Source: a virus (taxonomy: Duplodnaviria; Caudoviricetes). Taken from it: DNA of 64,000 bases. Shown here piece by piece: positions 29,801 through 39,987 of the stretch. The stretch covers positions 64,001 to 128,000 of the IMG/VR virus record IMGVR_UViG_3300021255_000152; one strand, 5' to 3'. A program made the translations under genes and the position numbers. Numbering within the stretch: the stretch's first letter is position 1; each line of letters begins with the position of its first letter. The notes under the pieces were generated by a model. The model did no database searches and was not told where the DNA came from. It saw only the letters and a list, made by a program, of their open reading frames with translations.

Positions 29801-30707
29801 GCTGAATTGAAAAGTTTTCAATCTTATTATAAATATCCAGCGAATTAGCACAAAGTTCTTCATAGTTAAGATTTGTTTGCGCCAAATGCTCAATAATTTC
29901 TTCTTCAGACTGAAGATAGGCAAATTCATAGAATGAATCAATTTCACGTTCGCCATCTTTGGAATTAAGATATGCTTTATGTACATATCTATCTTCTTTT
30001 TTAAGATAATGTGCGTCTGTGCCAATAACAATTTTCTTTTTATATGCCTTGGCAATAGAAGACATTCTGTTATTTACGGCTAACTGGTCAGGCGAAGTAC
30101 CTGGAGCGATCTCACAATAAAAATCATCGCCAAATAATTCATTCATATAAAGCATAAAATCGTTGATTTCTTTCTTTAAAGAATGAATTTTATCTGGAGA
30201 TTCATTTCTATTCTCAGCTCGCACCAACTCTAAAATTGTGCTTGAAAGAAAACCACCAATACAAGCACTGGTCGCAATTAGATGGCCCTTGCCATGCTTA
30301 TTAATTATATTTTCTAATTCTGAATACAGAGTTGGAACTCTCTCTAATCCTCGATCCATATAACTCTGCATCCAAGAGGTTGAAGATAATTCTCTCATCA
30401 TTCTCCAACCAATTTTATCTTTGCAAATCAAAATAAAGTGATAATATTTTATCCCTTTATCTCGTGTATTTGTCAAATATATTTCATTACCAATAGCGAC
30501 TTTAAAATCTGGCTTTACCTTTTGGATTTCTTGTGCAAATAGATTAATTTCTGGCGCAGCTGCGACTGTTTCATGATCTGTAATCGCAATTCCCGCAAGC
30601 CCTAATTCGATAGCACGATTAATTAAATCCTTTGGTTTATTGATACTATCAATAATTCTAAAGTTACTATAATGCGTATGAGAATGCGGCTCGAATCTTT
30701 TCTGCAT
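26817..30707 (-). CDS. dnaE: DNA polymerase III alpha subunit
   Basis: PHP HSHTHYS/AITDHE, GAGRGS, DIDID, HASGV, KFDFL, GYSFS..HA. Confidence 0.95.
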   Translation of the reverse strand: MQKRFEPHSHTHYSNFRIIDSINKPKDLINRAIELGLAGIAITDHETVAAAPEINLFAQEIQKVKPDFKVAIGNEIYLTNTRDKGIKYYHFILICKDKIGWRMMRELSSTSWMQSYMDRGLERVPTLYSELENIINKHGKGHLIATSACIGGFLSSTILELVRAENRNESPDKIHSLKKEINDFMLYMNELFGDDFYCEIAPGTSPDQLAVNNRMSSIAKAYKKKIVIGTDAHYLKKEDRYVHKAYLNSKDGEREIDSFYEFAYLQSEEEIIEHLAQTNLNYEELCANSLDIYNKIENFSIQHKQQIPRVKVKDYPKPVSRQGDFFENNYPTLSSMYISDDIYERYWVNTCIKKLNELNKNTPTYLARLEEEADIKRTIGEKLETNMFCYPVTLQHYINMFWDCGSMVGAGRGSSCSGLNHYLLGVTQLDPIQWNLPFFRYLNKERIELGDIDIDLCPSKRPMIIEKIKEERGQNFNADVDDLARRNLGCTLIATYGTESTKSAILTACRGYRSEDFPNGIDVDQAQYLSSLVPSERGFIWPLEDVMYGNVEKERQPIIQFINEVENYPGLIDIMLGIQGLIKQRGSHASGVIFFDEDPYEFGAFMKTPGGDVITQFDLHMCESMGMTKFDFLVTDVQDKLVETIRLLQENGEIESDLTLRQVYDKYFHPEVLPLDDKKAWDAIENGTVINIFQFDSMVGAQAAKKIQPKTILELADANGLMRLMTAEKGAETPMDKYVRYKKDISLWYDEMRKAGLSPEEQKTLEPYFLSSYGVPPSQEQLMTMLMDPNICGFTLGEANSARKIVGKKQMSKIPELREKVYKQAKSEALGRYVWQYGAGPQMGYSFSIIHALAYSFIGFQTAYIGTHFNPIYWNTACLTVNSGSVGGGSTNYVKMAKALGDIMNEGIKVSLVDINRSALGFEPDIENNQILFGLKSMLNVGDDVIDAAIANRPYKSPKEFLMKVHPNKQAMISLIKGGAFDNMMDRKELMAWYIWETCDKKQRLTLQNMNSLIKYKILPEDNPSIKKARSVYEFTRYLKKICATPQKTVYRLTDRAINFLTKIEREDLIENDLTLDAKKWDKVYQTYMDTLRSWITANKDIALQNLNDIIFKDDWEKYASGTLSAWEMEVLCFYYHEHELAHLNMKKYGYQNFNDIPEEPVVVETYRTKTGHTINRFQLARICGTCIAKDKVRSTVTLLTTNGVVDVKFRKEYFALFDKQISALGSDGVKHVIEKSWFNRGNMIVVQGIRNGDTFIPRKYSNSQGHQLYKIAEIFPNGDITLQTTRAQGEYDEDD

Positions 30708-30760
30708 CGGGCAATCTCTCCTTTTCTAATTATATTATAACATATTTTTTTATAAAAAGT

Positions 30761-31393
30761 TTATTTTATTTTGCGCGGATTCTCTTCTATTTGTTTTGTT
30801 CCAAAATATCTATTATAAAAATCTAACCATAAATAAAATAGTGGTATAAATTGCGTTGGAATCCAAGCAAAACTTGCGCAAATAACTAATATATCTGGTG
30901 TGGGAATGTCGAATAAGTTGTAGTTAGTTATTATATCTGTTTTAAATTTTTCTTTATTTAATAATTCTTCGGGAAAGGGCGAAGAAGTTTCATTGGCCAA
31001 CCACAAATATTCTTTTAAACGATTATTTTCTTCTAATTTTAATGCCCAGTTTCCACAATATAGATCAGAATTTGCTCTTGGATAACCACAATCATGATGA
31101 TGATCTATATTTATAACATTATATTGATATTCATCGGAAGTGTAATCATATAATTGATCATGGTCAAAAACAAAGTGTATATTTTCTTGTGGCAAAAAAT
31201 TAAATAAATGAAAAATATACATAGAAATATATGAGTATTTGTTTAAATCTGCATTACAATATTTTATTAAATCATTAATTTGAATGGCAATATCTTCTAC
31301 ACAAAATTCTTCATTTATAAAATTATTATATAGCTCAATACTTGGTGCCATAATTATATCAAAATCAATTGTTACAATATTTTTTACTTCCAT
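30761..31393 (-). CDS. Hypothetical metal-binding hydrolase-like protein
   Basis: TIDFD, NIDHHHD, CGNW motifs. Confidence 0.55.
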   Translation of the reverse strand: MEVKNIVTIDFDIIMAPSIELYNNFINEEFCVEDIAIQINDLIKYCNADLNKYSYISMYIFHLFNFLPQENIHFVFDHDQLYDYTSDEYQYNVINIDHHHDCGYPRANSDLYCGNWALKLEENNRLKEYLWLANETSSPFPEELLNKEKFKTDIITNYNLFDIPTPDILVICASFAWIPTQFIPLFYLWLDFYNRYFGTKQIEENPRKIK

Positions 31394-31394
31394 A

Positions 31395-32603
31395 CTATTT
31401 TCTCACTATAATAAGCTTATCTCTAGCCCTAGTTACTGCTGTATATAACCAGCGCCTATGTTCATCGCCCCAAGGAAAATCTTCTTCAAATACTAATACT
31501 TTATTGTATTCACTACCTTGTGCTTTATGGGCAGTAATGGCATATCCATAATCAAATTGATGAGGATGGAATTTTCTATTTACTCGTCTGAAATTATCAG
31601 CAGTAATACTTGGTTCCCATGTAGTAAATAATTTATAATCCATATTTACTTGATTAAATACTGCCTGTCCATATAAAACAGCATCATCATTTTCGTCATA
31701 ATGGTCAGGAATAAAGTCCGCATACATTAAGGTATCTATATACTTCTTGGGAATTAAACTTCCCATATTATTTTCTTTATATTCTATATTCTCTACAAAG
31801 CCAGTTAGTCCATTAACAAGTACATCACCAGCTTCATTTACCGCATCCCAATCGTTGCGCAAACAGATTACTTTATCTCCTGGAACTGGGGCTTTTGGCA
31901 CATCATGTCCGAAATAATATTCTCTCATTAAGTCATTATAGAAATGGCGTGTTTGATTTTTTGCCACGATTATTTGGTCTGCCCATTTCAACATACCACT
32001 GACTACTTGTGATTGAGATACAACTCGCACTTCTTTACCAGAGAATAAAGAAAGTTGTTTGCCCGCACGAATATCCATTGAAATTCTAATAATTTCTGAT
32101 TCTTGTGCTTGACGCATAATTTCATCAAGAAATACATGCGGATGCTGCAATACTCCGTTATCGTCTGTCAAAGGAGGTAACTGACCAGGGTCTCCAAGAG
32201 CGATAACATATATGCGATGGCTTAACAATAATTCCCACATAGCTTTTGGTAACATTGATACTTCATCAACAACTATTACTTTATACGGATATTCTAAGGG
32301 TCTGCGCGGCATGTGAAAAAAAGTCCCATCTTTTCTTGGATATGACTGATACAATAATTTGTGCGCGGTCATAGCATTTTGATTGCCTTTTTCTTTTAAT
32401 ACTAACGCAGCTTTACCCGTATATGCGATATAGCATACATCGAAAGGAGGAATCCCGAGTGCTTGTATAATAAACTGGACAAGTGTGCTCTTACCTGAAC
32501 CAGCGTAGCCCGAAATACAAGTGTATGGTTTATGTTCTTTGTACCGCTTTACCGCAATTTCAAGACCCTGCTTTTGGTTTTCTGTTAAAATAATATCTTC
32601 CAA
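31395..32603 (-). CDS. SF1 helicase (Dda/RecD2-like)
   Basis: GYAGSGKS, VDEVSM, GDPGQL, YAITAHKAQGSE, YTAVTRA. Confidence 0.9.
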   Translation of the reverse strand: MEDIILTENQKQGLEIAVKRYKEHKPYTCISGYAGSGKSTLVQFIIQALGIPPFDVCYIAYTGKAALVLKEKGNQNAMTAHKLLYQSYPRKDGTFFHMPRRPLEYPYKVIVVDEVSMLPKAMWELLLSHRIYVIALGDPGQLPPLTDDNGVLQHPHVFLDEIMRQAQESEIIRISMDIRAGKQLSLFSGKEVRVVSQSQVVSGMLKWADQIIVAKNQTRHFYNDLMREYYFGHDVPKAPVPGDKVICLRNDWDAVNEAGDVLVNGLTGFVENIEYKENNMGSLIPKKYIDTLMYADFIPDHYDENDDAVLYGQAVFNQVNMDYKLFTTWEPSITADNFRRVNRKFHPHQFDYGYAITAHKAQGSEYNKVLVFEEDFPWGDEHRRWLYTAVTRARDKLIIVRK

Positions 32604-32661
32604 AATAGATGCCTCCTTTCATTTATTATAACATAATTAATTTGTTTTGACAAAAAAGAGG

Positions 32662-32940
32662 TTATTTAACCCCTTTTGTTCTTGTATTAGTAGTAGTGCT
32701 TTCATATATCCAATTATCTGGATCTAATTGTGTAGTATGATTTGTTACTGTGTAATTATAATCAGAGCTAGTCCAGGTTGGGCCATATTCCCACCAATTA
32801 GGATAATGTGGATAAACAGGATAAGGAGCATAATGAGTACATAGCTCATTTGTTTTATCGCACTTGCCGCAAGGTAAATAATATTTACATCCAGTGAAGT
32901 TTAAATCTAAATTTAATTCTTTTGCCATAATTTCCTCCAA
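32662..32940 (-). CDS. Small Cys/Pro/Tyr-rich hypothetical protein
   Basis: CKYYLPCGKCD..C. Confidence 0.55.
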   Translation of the reverse strand: MEEIMAKELNLDLNFTGCKYYLPCGKCDKTNELCTHYAPYPVYPHYPNWWEYGPTWTSSDYNYTVTNHTTQLDPDNWIYESTTTNTRTKGVK

Positions 32941-33009
32941 AAAATACTATGGGCATTTTTATTTTAGGTTTTCGATACACACATTCAGTGCCGGCCGATC
33001 CAGACCCTT

Positions 33010-34758
33010 TTAGAAATACCACTGAGTCCCTAATATGTCATAATCCTTGATCATAAGTTGTGGGCCATTATCCCATCCTGTATTGCGTGCGCATGTTCCA
33101 ATAACATCTATCATGACAGTTTGATCAATGCTACTTGGAAGCAAATTTTTATATTCATCTTCTGATACATTGAACTTAACAGCACTTAATCCAGAAGGGA
33201 ACGTAATTTTAAGTGTTGAACCAAATAATTTAGTATTATCTTCTGTAATAGGAACGCCTTGAATTAATACAAGAGGCTCTTCTACTCCTTGGCCCCACAA
33301 ATCCTTGGCATCTGCTATTTCAAGAATATCTAAATTATCTATCTTGTTTGGTAAATATGAAACATCTACAACATAAGAAGTTCCAAAATCTGCATCTTTT
33401 AATTTTTCATTTGAATAAGCAATAAACTTATCAACATTTGAATCTAAGATGGCTAAACCCAAAGCATTGTCATGTCCTTGTGCCAAGCTAAAGAAGCCAC
33501 TATCATTCGCGAATTCTTGAAGAGATGGAACTGAATCATTAACTGGGTTGCGGCCAGAGCCAGCCCATAAGACTTCTCCTGTTTCTGGATCGAAAGTCTG
33601 ATTCAATAACATAACAGGATGGCCATATTTAGACATAACCTTGTTCGCAATTAATCCAGTGATAGATTTACTTTCTTCTGTTGGATTTTCCCATTTAATA
33701 AGGATAATCTTATTTTGATCCAAATGTTCATTCTGGATTTTTTTACATACTTCATCAAAAATAGTATCTCTTGCTTTATCCTGTCTTTTCTTAACATTGG
33801 TACATGTACGCACAGCCTGTTCAACAATAGTTTCCATGTCTCCTGGCTTATGGCCTCGCTTAATTGAAGGCACTAATGTATATGCTTTTTGTTCAAGCAT
33901 TGATTCAAAAAGACATTCTTTTTCTTGTTGCGTTCCAACTCTCGTAACTGCATTAACAGAAGGAGCAATATACCAAGCAACTCCTTCTGGAGAAGGCTGA
34001 TCACTCTTTAATGAATATTCATTTTTGGCAACCATTGCCTTTAAGAATGGATTGTTTATATTAGTAAGACCCAGACTAATTAATTCATGCGTTTCATAGT
34101 CTTTTAGCTCCATTACATCGGCAATAATTCCAAGAGCAGCTAAATCCAACATTTCTTTTGCGTAAGAAGTCTCATTCATTTCGTCAATATATGAACAGAA
34201 TTTATATACCATTCCAACTCCACTTAAACTCTTTGTTGGATAGCCATCATCTAATTGATTATTGATAACAATCGCATCTTCTGAGTAATTAGTCGTATTG
34301 TGATGATCTATAATAATTACATCTACTCCCATTCGTTTAAGAATTTCATGCTTATCAAACTCGTTACTACCTGCATCTGGGCAAATAACAAGCTGTGGTC
34401 TTATTTGCTCAATTTCTTTCATTAATAGACCGTGGCCTTTATCATCATGCATTGCCCATGAAACATGCTGTTGAGTAAAACCTGGAAAAAATTTGTATAA
34501 ATAATTAATCATAAATGCGGCACTGGTATAACCGTCGCAATCACTATCAACATTTACAAATATGTCATGTTGAGCTGCAATATGATATACTAGGCATCTC
34601 GCTGCTTCATGCATATTTTTAATAGATGCAGGATTTATAATATCTGCTTCAGTTACTCTTAAATAATGATCGGGATTCTCGATTCCCCTATTCCTCAATA
34701 TCCCATATAATATAGATTCATTTTCTTTTCGTTTATCTTCTCGAATTGTATATTTCAT
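33010..34758 (-). CDS. recJ: RecJ-like ssDNA exonuclease (DHH family)
   Basis: DSDCDG, IDHH, GIIADVM, GSGR, GHDNA.G. Confidence 0.9.
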   Translation of the reverse strand: MKYTIREDKRKENESILYGILRNRGIENPDHYLRVTEADIINPASIKNMHEAARCLVYHIAAQHDIFVNVDSDCDGYTSAAFMINYLYKFFPGFTQQHVSWAMHDDKGHGLLMKEIEQIRPQLVICPDAGSNEFDKHEILKRMGVDVIIIDHHNTTNYSEDAIVINNQLDDGYPTKSLSGVGMVYKFCSYIDEMNETSYAKEMLDLAALGIIADVMELKDYETHELISLGLTNINNPFLKAMVAKNEYSLKSDQPSPEGVAWYIAPSVNAVTRVGTQQEKECLFESMLEQKAYTLVPSIKRGHKPGDMETIVEQAVRTCTNVKKRQDKARDTIFDEVCKKIQNEHLDQNKIILIKWENPTEESKSITGLIANKVMSKYGHPVMLLNQTFDPETGEVLWAGSGRNPVNDSVPSLQEFANDSGFFSLAQGHDNALGLAILDSNVDKFIAYSNEKLKDADFGTSYVVDVSYLPNKIDNLDILEIADAKDLWGQGVEEPLVLIQGVPITEDNTKLFGSTLKITFPSGLSAVKFNVSEDEYKNLLPSSIDQTVMIDVIGTCARNTGWDNGPQLMIKDYDILGTQWYF

Positions 34759-35858
34759 TACAATGATATCCTTTCGCTAAATAGTTTCAAATATGTTTCT
34801 TTGCCTTTATCAACAGGAGAATCTTTATATCCTGTTATCATGTTTTTATCAAATATAAAGCTAATCTTAACATAATTATTATATTTACTATGAATTTTCG
34901 TTAAATTCTTAGTTAATTTCTTAAATTCATCATCACCAATTTCTTTAAACTGGCGGTCAAGGGCTACTATGACTTCACGCACTCCGCAGTCCATAAGCAA
35001 ACTCATTTGATGTTCAGATATATTGCTGCCGCAGCACGCAACAGAAATATCGTTCTCATGCCCGAAATATGTCTGATATTTCAGACAAGATTTCTCTCCT
35101 TCAAAAATTACCGCACGTTTAGCTTTATTAATATTCCTTTTGGAATTATTTAAATTATATAAAGCCATACTTAGAGGATGATTATATTGAATTTTATTTA
35201 CAATTAATGGACGATATTTTCCATACATTTCTGCATCTTCTTTACTTAGAGTTCTACCTCTAATTCCAATTAATCGTCCTATATCATCAAAGTGCGGAAT
35301 AGTAATTTGATTTCCACCTGGAAAGTACCCTATTTTATTATAATCAAGCACTTCTTGAGAAATTCCTTCTTCTAGCCAAGGAAGAAGTTTTACTTTATAA
35401 TTAAATACTGTAAGGATGTTTTTCTCAAAAGGTTTTAACTCAACACCGTAATCTTTTAATTCAACTCTTTCAATCTTATCATATCGTTCAAAGATATCCC
35501 AATCGGAAAGCTTTTCGCCCTCTTCACTTACATAGGTTCCTGAAATTCCGAATCGAAATGCGATAAAACGCACTGCCTCATTAAGGTCAATATCTTTATG
35601 CTGTTGGATTGAAAATACTTTAATAGCTAATTCAAATATATCAAATGATTCATCGCCAGCTGTATATGAAGTGAATAGTCCTGAATTAGAATAATAGTAG
35701 AGTTTTCGCGAACCCTCACCAGGAGGATTATGATCTATCGTTTCTGCGATAATACCCGTGCTTGAGTATTGAGGATTTCCACCCCAATCGGCAAGCAATT
35801 CAAATATATTATCTATATCAAGACTTTCTCTTATCTCTTGCTTGTCGTAATTAAGCAT
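34758..35858 (-). CDS. DNA primase (TOPRIM)
   Basis: ITIPH..GRLIGIRGR, FEGEKS, ALDRQ, KDSP.D. Confidence 0.85.
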   Translation of the reverse strand: MLNYDKQEIRESLDIDNIFELLADWGGNPQYSSTGIIAETIDHNPPGEGSRKLYYYSNSGLFTSYTAGDESFDIFELAIKVFSIQQHKDIDLNEAVRFIAFRFGISGTYVSEEGEKLSDWDIFERYDKIERVELKDYGVELKPFEKNILTVFNYKVKLLPWLEEGISQEVLDYNKIGYFPGGNQITIPHFDDIGRLIGIRGRTLSKEDAEMYGKYRPLIVNKIQYNHPLSMALYNLNNSKRNINKAKRAVIFEGEKSCLKYQTYFGHENDISVACCGSNISEHQMSLLMDCGVREVIVALDRQFKEIGDDEFKKLTKNLTKIHSKYNNYVKISFIFDKNMITGYKDSPVDKGKETYLKLFSERISL

Positions 35859-35866
35859 AATTCCTC

Positions 35867-37390
35867 CTAGAATGCACTTGGTTCAACTTGAATTTCAAAA
35901 TCGTCAATTGGAACAAACTGATAACGCCAGTCAGTAGCGTACATTGGATTAACTCTACATGTACTCAAATCTGCCTTACACCATAGATAAATACCTACAT
36001 ATCTACCTCTACGGTTTTTATAAACAGATAGTTTCAAATCTGGCTGTTCAAGTCCATTATCTTTAATTAAAGTCTCTAATGAGTCAATATCTTTTTGAGT
36101 TACTTTAAGTAAGATACTACCATAGTCAATTTTATCTGCTATGGATTTTGCTCCACGAAGTAAGTTCTGATCGGGGGTTTCTGATTCCTGATAATCTGCG
36201 TTTAACTGCGTCGCAGATTCAATAAAAATATCGTATTTATTACACAAGTCTTTTAACTTAATAGAAAGCATGAATAATACGTTATCTTCTCTTAATTTAA
36301 CTCCACCAGAACGACGAGTAATTTCCTCTAAAATTTTAATAGATGTATGAATATAATCATGAAAAACATATTTTACATTATGTTCTCGCAAATTCTTTTT
36401 AATTGTATCTTCAATATCCTGTAAAGAGAAATCTGGGAGTTCTTCTACATATATTGGAGAATGTTTTAATATATCTGCGGCTTTGCGTACCCTTTGAAGT
36501 TCATCACCTTCATATTGATTATTGATGATATGTTCCTCATCCACGCAGGATAAAAATGCAATCATCATTGTCTGAATTTCTTCAAGCTCCTGTTCGGTTG
36601 AGATATATAGACATGGCTCTGCTACGCCATTGCCAATCCATCCAAGCATTTTATCGTAAATCATATCTGCGCCAAGATAGCAACAATCTGCTATCATGGT
36701 ACGAGATTTACCAACACCAGTAGCCGCAGAACGCAGATAAAATTTCTTTAGTCTTGCGCCACGGGTAACTCGATTAATAAAACGACCATATAAAGGAGAA
36801 CCTACTTCTGGATAAGTCATTAATCGGTCAATTAAAGCATCAATGCCTTCTCCTGCATGGTGAGTTTCTCCAAAACTTCTGCTGACATAATTGATACGAA
36901 TACTTTCAACCATTGTATCAACTTTATCTGCAATTTGTTCAAGAGTTAAATTATCTAATTCTTCCTCTTGGAGCTGAAGTTTCTTAGTATCAATTAAATT
37001 AGGGTCATATATAAAGGTAACATCAATTCCATATTTTTCATACGTGCGTAAAAGCGTCATTTTCTTCATTCGATTATAATAAAAATCAAACGCTGATGGT
37101 AACGCTTTTTCCGCAGCTGATTTAAGCCATTGCTCGCCTTTATTAACGTTAAAGATAGCTTGGCTTTCTGGCTTTGTAGAAAAAAAGTCGCTGATATTTT
37201 CTACAGTAATTTCATCTGCGCCAAGATGATAAATTCTTTCAATTGCGCCAAAGATAATTTTATGAAAATCAGTTGTAAAATCATCTGCATTAAATGAATA
37301 TTTATCTGTATCATCTAATAAGGAGGGCTTGATAAATAAACTACCCAAAACTTGAACTATCGCAGTTTGATCTACGTATGCGCTACTCAT
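35867..37390 (-). CDS. dnaB: Replicative DnaB-like helicase
   Basis: AATGVGKS, FHDYI, ATQLN, KNRRG. Confidence 0.9.
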   Translation of the reverse strand: MSSAYVDQTAIVQVLGSLFIKPSLLDDTDKYSFNADDFTTDFHKIIFGAIERIYHLGADEITVENISDFFSTKPESQAIFNVNKGEQWLKSAAEKALPSAFDFYYNRMKKMTLLRTYEKYGIDVTFIYDPNLIDTKKLQLQEEELDNLTLEQIADKVDTMVESIRINYVSRSFGETHHAGEGIDALIDRLMTYPEVGSPLYGRFINRVTRGARLKKFYLRSAATGVGKSRTMIADCCYLGADMIYDKMLGWIGNGVAEPCLYISTEQELEEIQTMMIAFLSCVDEEHIINNQYEGDELQRVRKAADILKHSPIYVEELPDFSLQDIEDTIKKNLREHNVKYVFHDYIHTSIKILEEITRRSGGVKLREDNVLFMLSIKLKDLCNKYDIFIESATQLNADYQESETPDQNLLRGAKSIADKIDYGSILLKVTQKDIDSLETLIKDNGLEQPDLKLSVYKNRRGRYVGIYLWCKADLSTCRVNPMYATDWRYQFVPIDDFEIQVEPSAF

Positions 37391-37913
37391 TATTATCCTC
37401 CTTATCTAAATCTAAGAACGAAAACGAAGATTTCTTTTTGACTTTTCGTTCTGGAACTGGAATTGAAATTCGTATAGTTTTTGGTTCATATTTTTCTAAT
37501 ATCTTGGGAGTATCTTTGGCATGTTGGTTTGCTTCCCAGATAGAGTAAAAATAACGATATGCTTCATCATACATATATGGAACAATACCAATAGAGCCAT
37601 TACCTTTTTCTATTGGTTCTTTTTTTATTTCATATACATATTGCATCGTTCTAATCATGCCCGAATATGAAAAATTATTCTTTTCATGATAAGACTTAGC
37701 CAATCTCATAGTTCTTGGATAATCAAATAATCTTCCAAATAATTGGCTACAATATTCTAATAACATATCGAAATCTTTTTCTTCTTTGGTTTTCGCCGCT
37801 TCGCGTTCATCATAACAGGTTTGATGTGCGTACCAGCGTCCCTTTTTGAAGGCTGGCTCTTTATCTGCATCAAATGTTTCTCCGCAAATGCGACACTTTA
37901 CTAAATGTGCCAT
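37383..37913 (-). CDS. Zn-finger protein, putative helicase loader
   Basis: CRIC..H..C and SIGIVPY.YDEA. Overlaps the dnaB start. Confidence 0.55.
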   Translation of the reverse strand: MAHLVKCRICGETFDADKEPAFKKGRWYAHQTCYDEREAAKTKEEKDFDMLLEYCSQLFGRLFDYPRTMRLAKSYHEKNNFSYSGMIRTMQYVYEIKKEPIEKGNGSIGIVPYMYDEAYRYFYSIWEANQHAKDTPKILEKYEPKTIRISIPVPERKVKKKSSFSFLDLDKEDNNE

Positions 37914-37932
37914 TTCGAGAATCTCCTAACTT

Positions 37933-37961
37933 ATTATAACATATAAAATAAAAAGAGTCAA
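37933..37961 (-). promoter_or_regulatory. Sigma-A promoter (one of many in the replication module)
   Basis: TTGACT-17 bp-TATAAT with TG extension. Same geometry at 42907-42935 and 51660-51688. Confidence 0.75.
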
Positions 37962-37986
37962 TGTGTGACTCTTTTTATGAAGGGGT

Positions 37987-38949
37987 TTATAATTCTTTAA
38001 TCTCATCTACGATAAGAGCAATGAATTCTGCTTGATCTCTTGTAGCCTCAGATGCCTTCTTGCCCTTGCCAAGATAGCGATTAACGATTTCAGTAATTTT
38101 AGGTCCATTTGAAGGATCTTTTCTCATTAAATCACCAGTAAGTTTCTGGAATTCTGCCATAAGTGCATCGAAGTCATATTCAGGAGCAATTACGTTAGAA
38201 ATTCTTTCCTGCGTAACAAACTTGTTATTTGTTTCAGCAGCTTCCTGGTCGATAGCTTTATTAAGAGCTTCAACAAGACTCTGATAGCTAAACGGAATTT
38301 CTGGTTCAATGTATTTGAAACGACAACCTGTATCTACTGAACCATCGAGAGAACGAAGAATTAATCTACGTTCGCCATTTATAATATCGGCGCAAGCGTA
38401 AATATCTGCCATTCCCTTAATGATTTCATTTGCAGATTTCTGTGCTGTTGGAACCATTTGATTATATTCTGTTCCATCTTTCTTCTTAAAGGTTTTATCC
38501 GCAGAGTGAGAGATGAAACAAACCGCATAACCAAGCTGAGCGATAGTTCTGAAAGAATCTTCAAATTCCTTCTTATATTTTGACCAGCCATTTGTACTCC
38601 AACCGCCATCACCAATGTTTTCAATACCAAGTTGATTACAGATGTATTTTTCACAGAGGGATGCCGCAATATCTACAGTGTCGATAATAATTGATTTATA
38701 AACCGCCTGAACTTCTGGTTTCTTTAATTCTCTTAAAACTTGCTTAAATTCGCCCCAAGTTGTAATATCCTGTGCAATAACGCCAGGTAAAGCGTTATAA
38801 CCTCTTTCAAAAGCGAGGATAAGAGCACCTGGAAACTGGCTTCCAAAAGTAGTTTTACCTACCTTTGGAATGCCATATACATAGGTGATATATCCAGAGA
38901 GGTCGCGAGATACTTTATGAGGCTCAATTTGTAATAAATTAATAGCCAT
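37987..38949 (-). CDS. AAA-24 / Sak4-like ATPase
   Basis: GIPKVGKTT, IIIDTVD, FISH. Confidence 0.8.
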   Translation of the reverse strand: MAINLLQIEPHKVSRDLSGYITYVYGIPKVGKTTFGSQFPGALILAFERGYNALPGVIAQDITTWGEFKQVLRELKKPEVQAVYKSIIIDTVDIAASLCEKYICNQLGIENIGDGGWSTNGWSKYKKEFEDSFRTIAQLGYAVCFISHSADKTFKKKDGTEYNQMVPTAQKSANEIIKGMADIYACADIINGERRLILRSLDGSVDTGCRFKYIEPEIPFSYQSLVEALNKAIDQEAAETNNKFVTQERISNVIAPEYDFDALMAEFQKLTGDLMRKDPSNGPKITEIVNRYLGKGKKASEATRDQAEFIALIVDEIKEL

Positions 38950-38968
38950 ATATCATATCTCCTTTTAA

Positions 38969-39973
38969 TTAGAAATTAAAGTCGTCGTCTGTTGCAGGTA
39001 AATCAGGAGCCTTCTTTGTTGCTGTTGCTGCTGCTTTTGGAGCTGCGTTAGCTGCACCAATTGCATTGCCCTGAGAAGCCTTATATTCTTCTCTTCTCTG
39101 CTTGAGTTCAGCAAGAGTGTTTTCACGAGCCTGAGCTGCTGCCTTAAGATCGTCGAAGGTAATTGTTTCTTCAAGACCAAACTCATAAGGTTCTACTGCT
39201 GCCCAAGTGACAACATAATCCTTATTAGAAGTAGGAACTTCTCTTACGGAATCGTCACCAAACGCAGATTCTTCTCTAATTAAACGAACGCCCTGTTCAG
39301 AAATAATCTGACCCTTAATCTTTGTGAAGACAGGGTTCTTTGGACTTGCTTCGAGTCCTCTGAAGTAATCCATAGCCTTTTCATTTACAACAGAGAATGT
39401 AACTGGAAGCATATCTCCTCTGAAGTTAAAGATGCGACCATCAATGATTACCTTTGCAGGAGAAGTAACATTTCCTGCATCATCTTCGATAGCATCTCTA
39501 TCGCGAGCACCAACGATAACTACATCTGCTTCAAATGTGTTACGCTGATTTTCATTTTCATTAATAGAAGTAGTTACATGAACGAATCCGCCCTCACATC
39601 TCTTTACAGATACAAGTTCCTCTGCACCATTACGGTCAGAATAGAATTCGTTAAGACCAATAGTAGAATCAACACGAACCTTTGCCGCCTTATCTCCTAC
39701 TTCTGGATCTGTGTAGCAACCAATCTTCTTATCAATAATACTCTTTAATGTTGTGAATGTTGCATTTTCCTTGCCCTGCTTTGTTGTAGCGGTAACATAG
39801 GTGAAATGAACTGGTACAATATTTGTCATTGCGTTATTTGTTGCAACTTCAATTGCACCGCTAATAAATTCTGTGCCTGGCTTTTTGGAGTTAGGGCCAG
39901 AGACCTTTAATTCAAGACTATGCTGGTATAAAACGCCTTCAATTCTAGTACCATTAATCATTCTCTTTTTCAT
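38969..39973 (-). CDS. Putative ssDNA-binding protein
   Basis: Adjacent to the Sak4-like gene; acidic tail DDDFNF. Confidence 0.6.
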   Translation of the reverse strand: MKKRMINGTRIEGVLYQHSLELKVSGPNSKKPGTEFISGAIEVATNNAMTNIVPVHFTYVTATTKQGKENATFTTLKSIIDKKIGCYTDPEVGDKAAKVRVDSTIGLNEFYSDRNGAEELVSVKRCEGGFVHVTTSINENENQRNTFEADVVIVGARDRDAIEDDAGNVTSPAKVIIDGRIFNFRGDMLPVTFSVVNEKAMDYFRGLEASPKNPVFTKIKGQIISEQGVRLIREESAFGDDSVREVPTSNKDYVVTWAAVEPYEFGLEETITFDDLKAAAQARENTLAELKQRREEYKASQGNAIGAANAAPKAAATATKKAPDLPATDDDFNF

Positions 39974-39987
39974 TTTAATAATTCTCC

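Noticed and set aside
26817-30707. Inteins or introns in dnaE, nrdD, dnaB or gyrase genes
   Set aside because: The ORFs are continuous and of ordinary size, and I saw no intein splice motifs.
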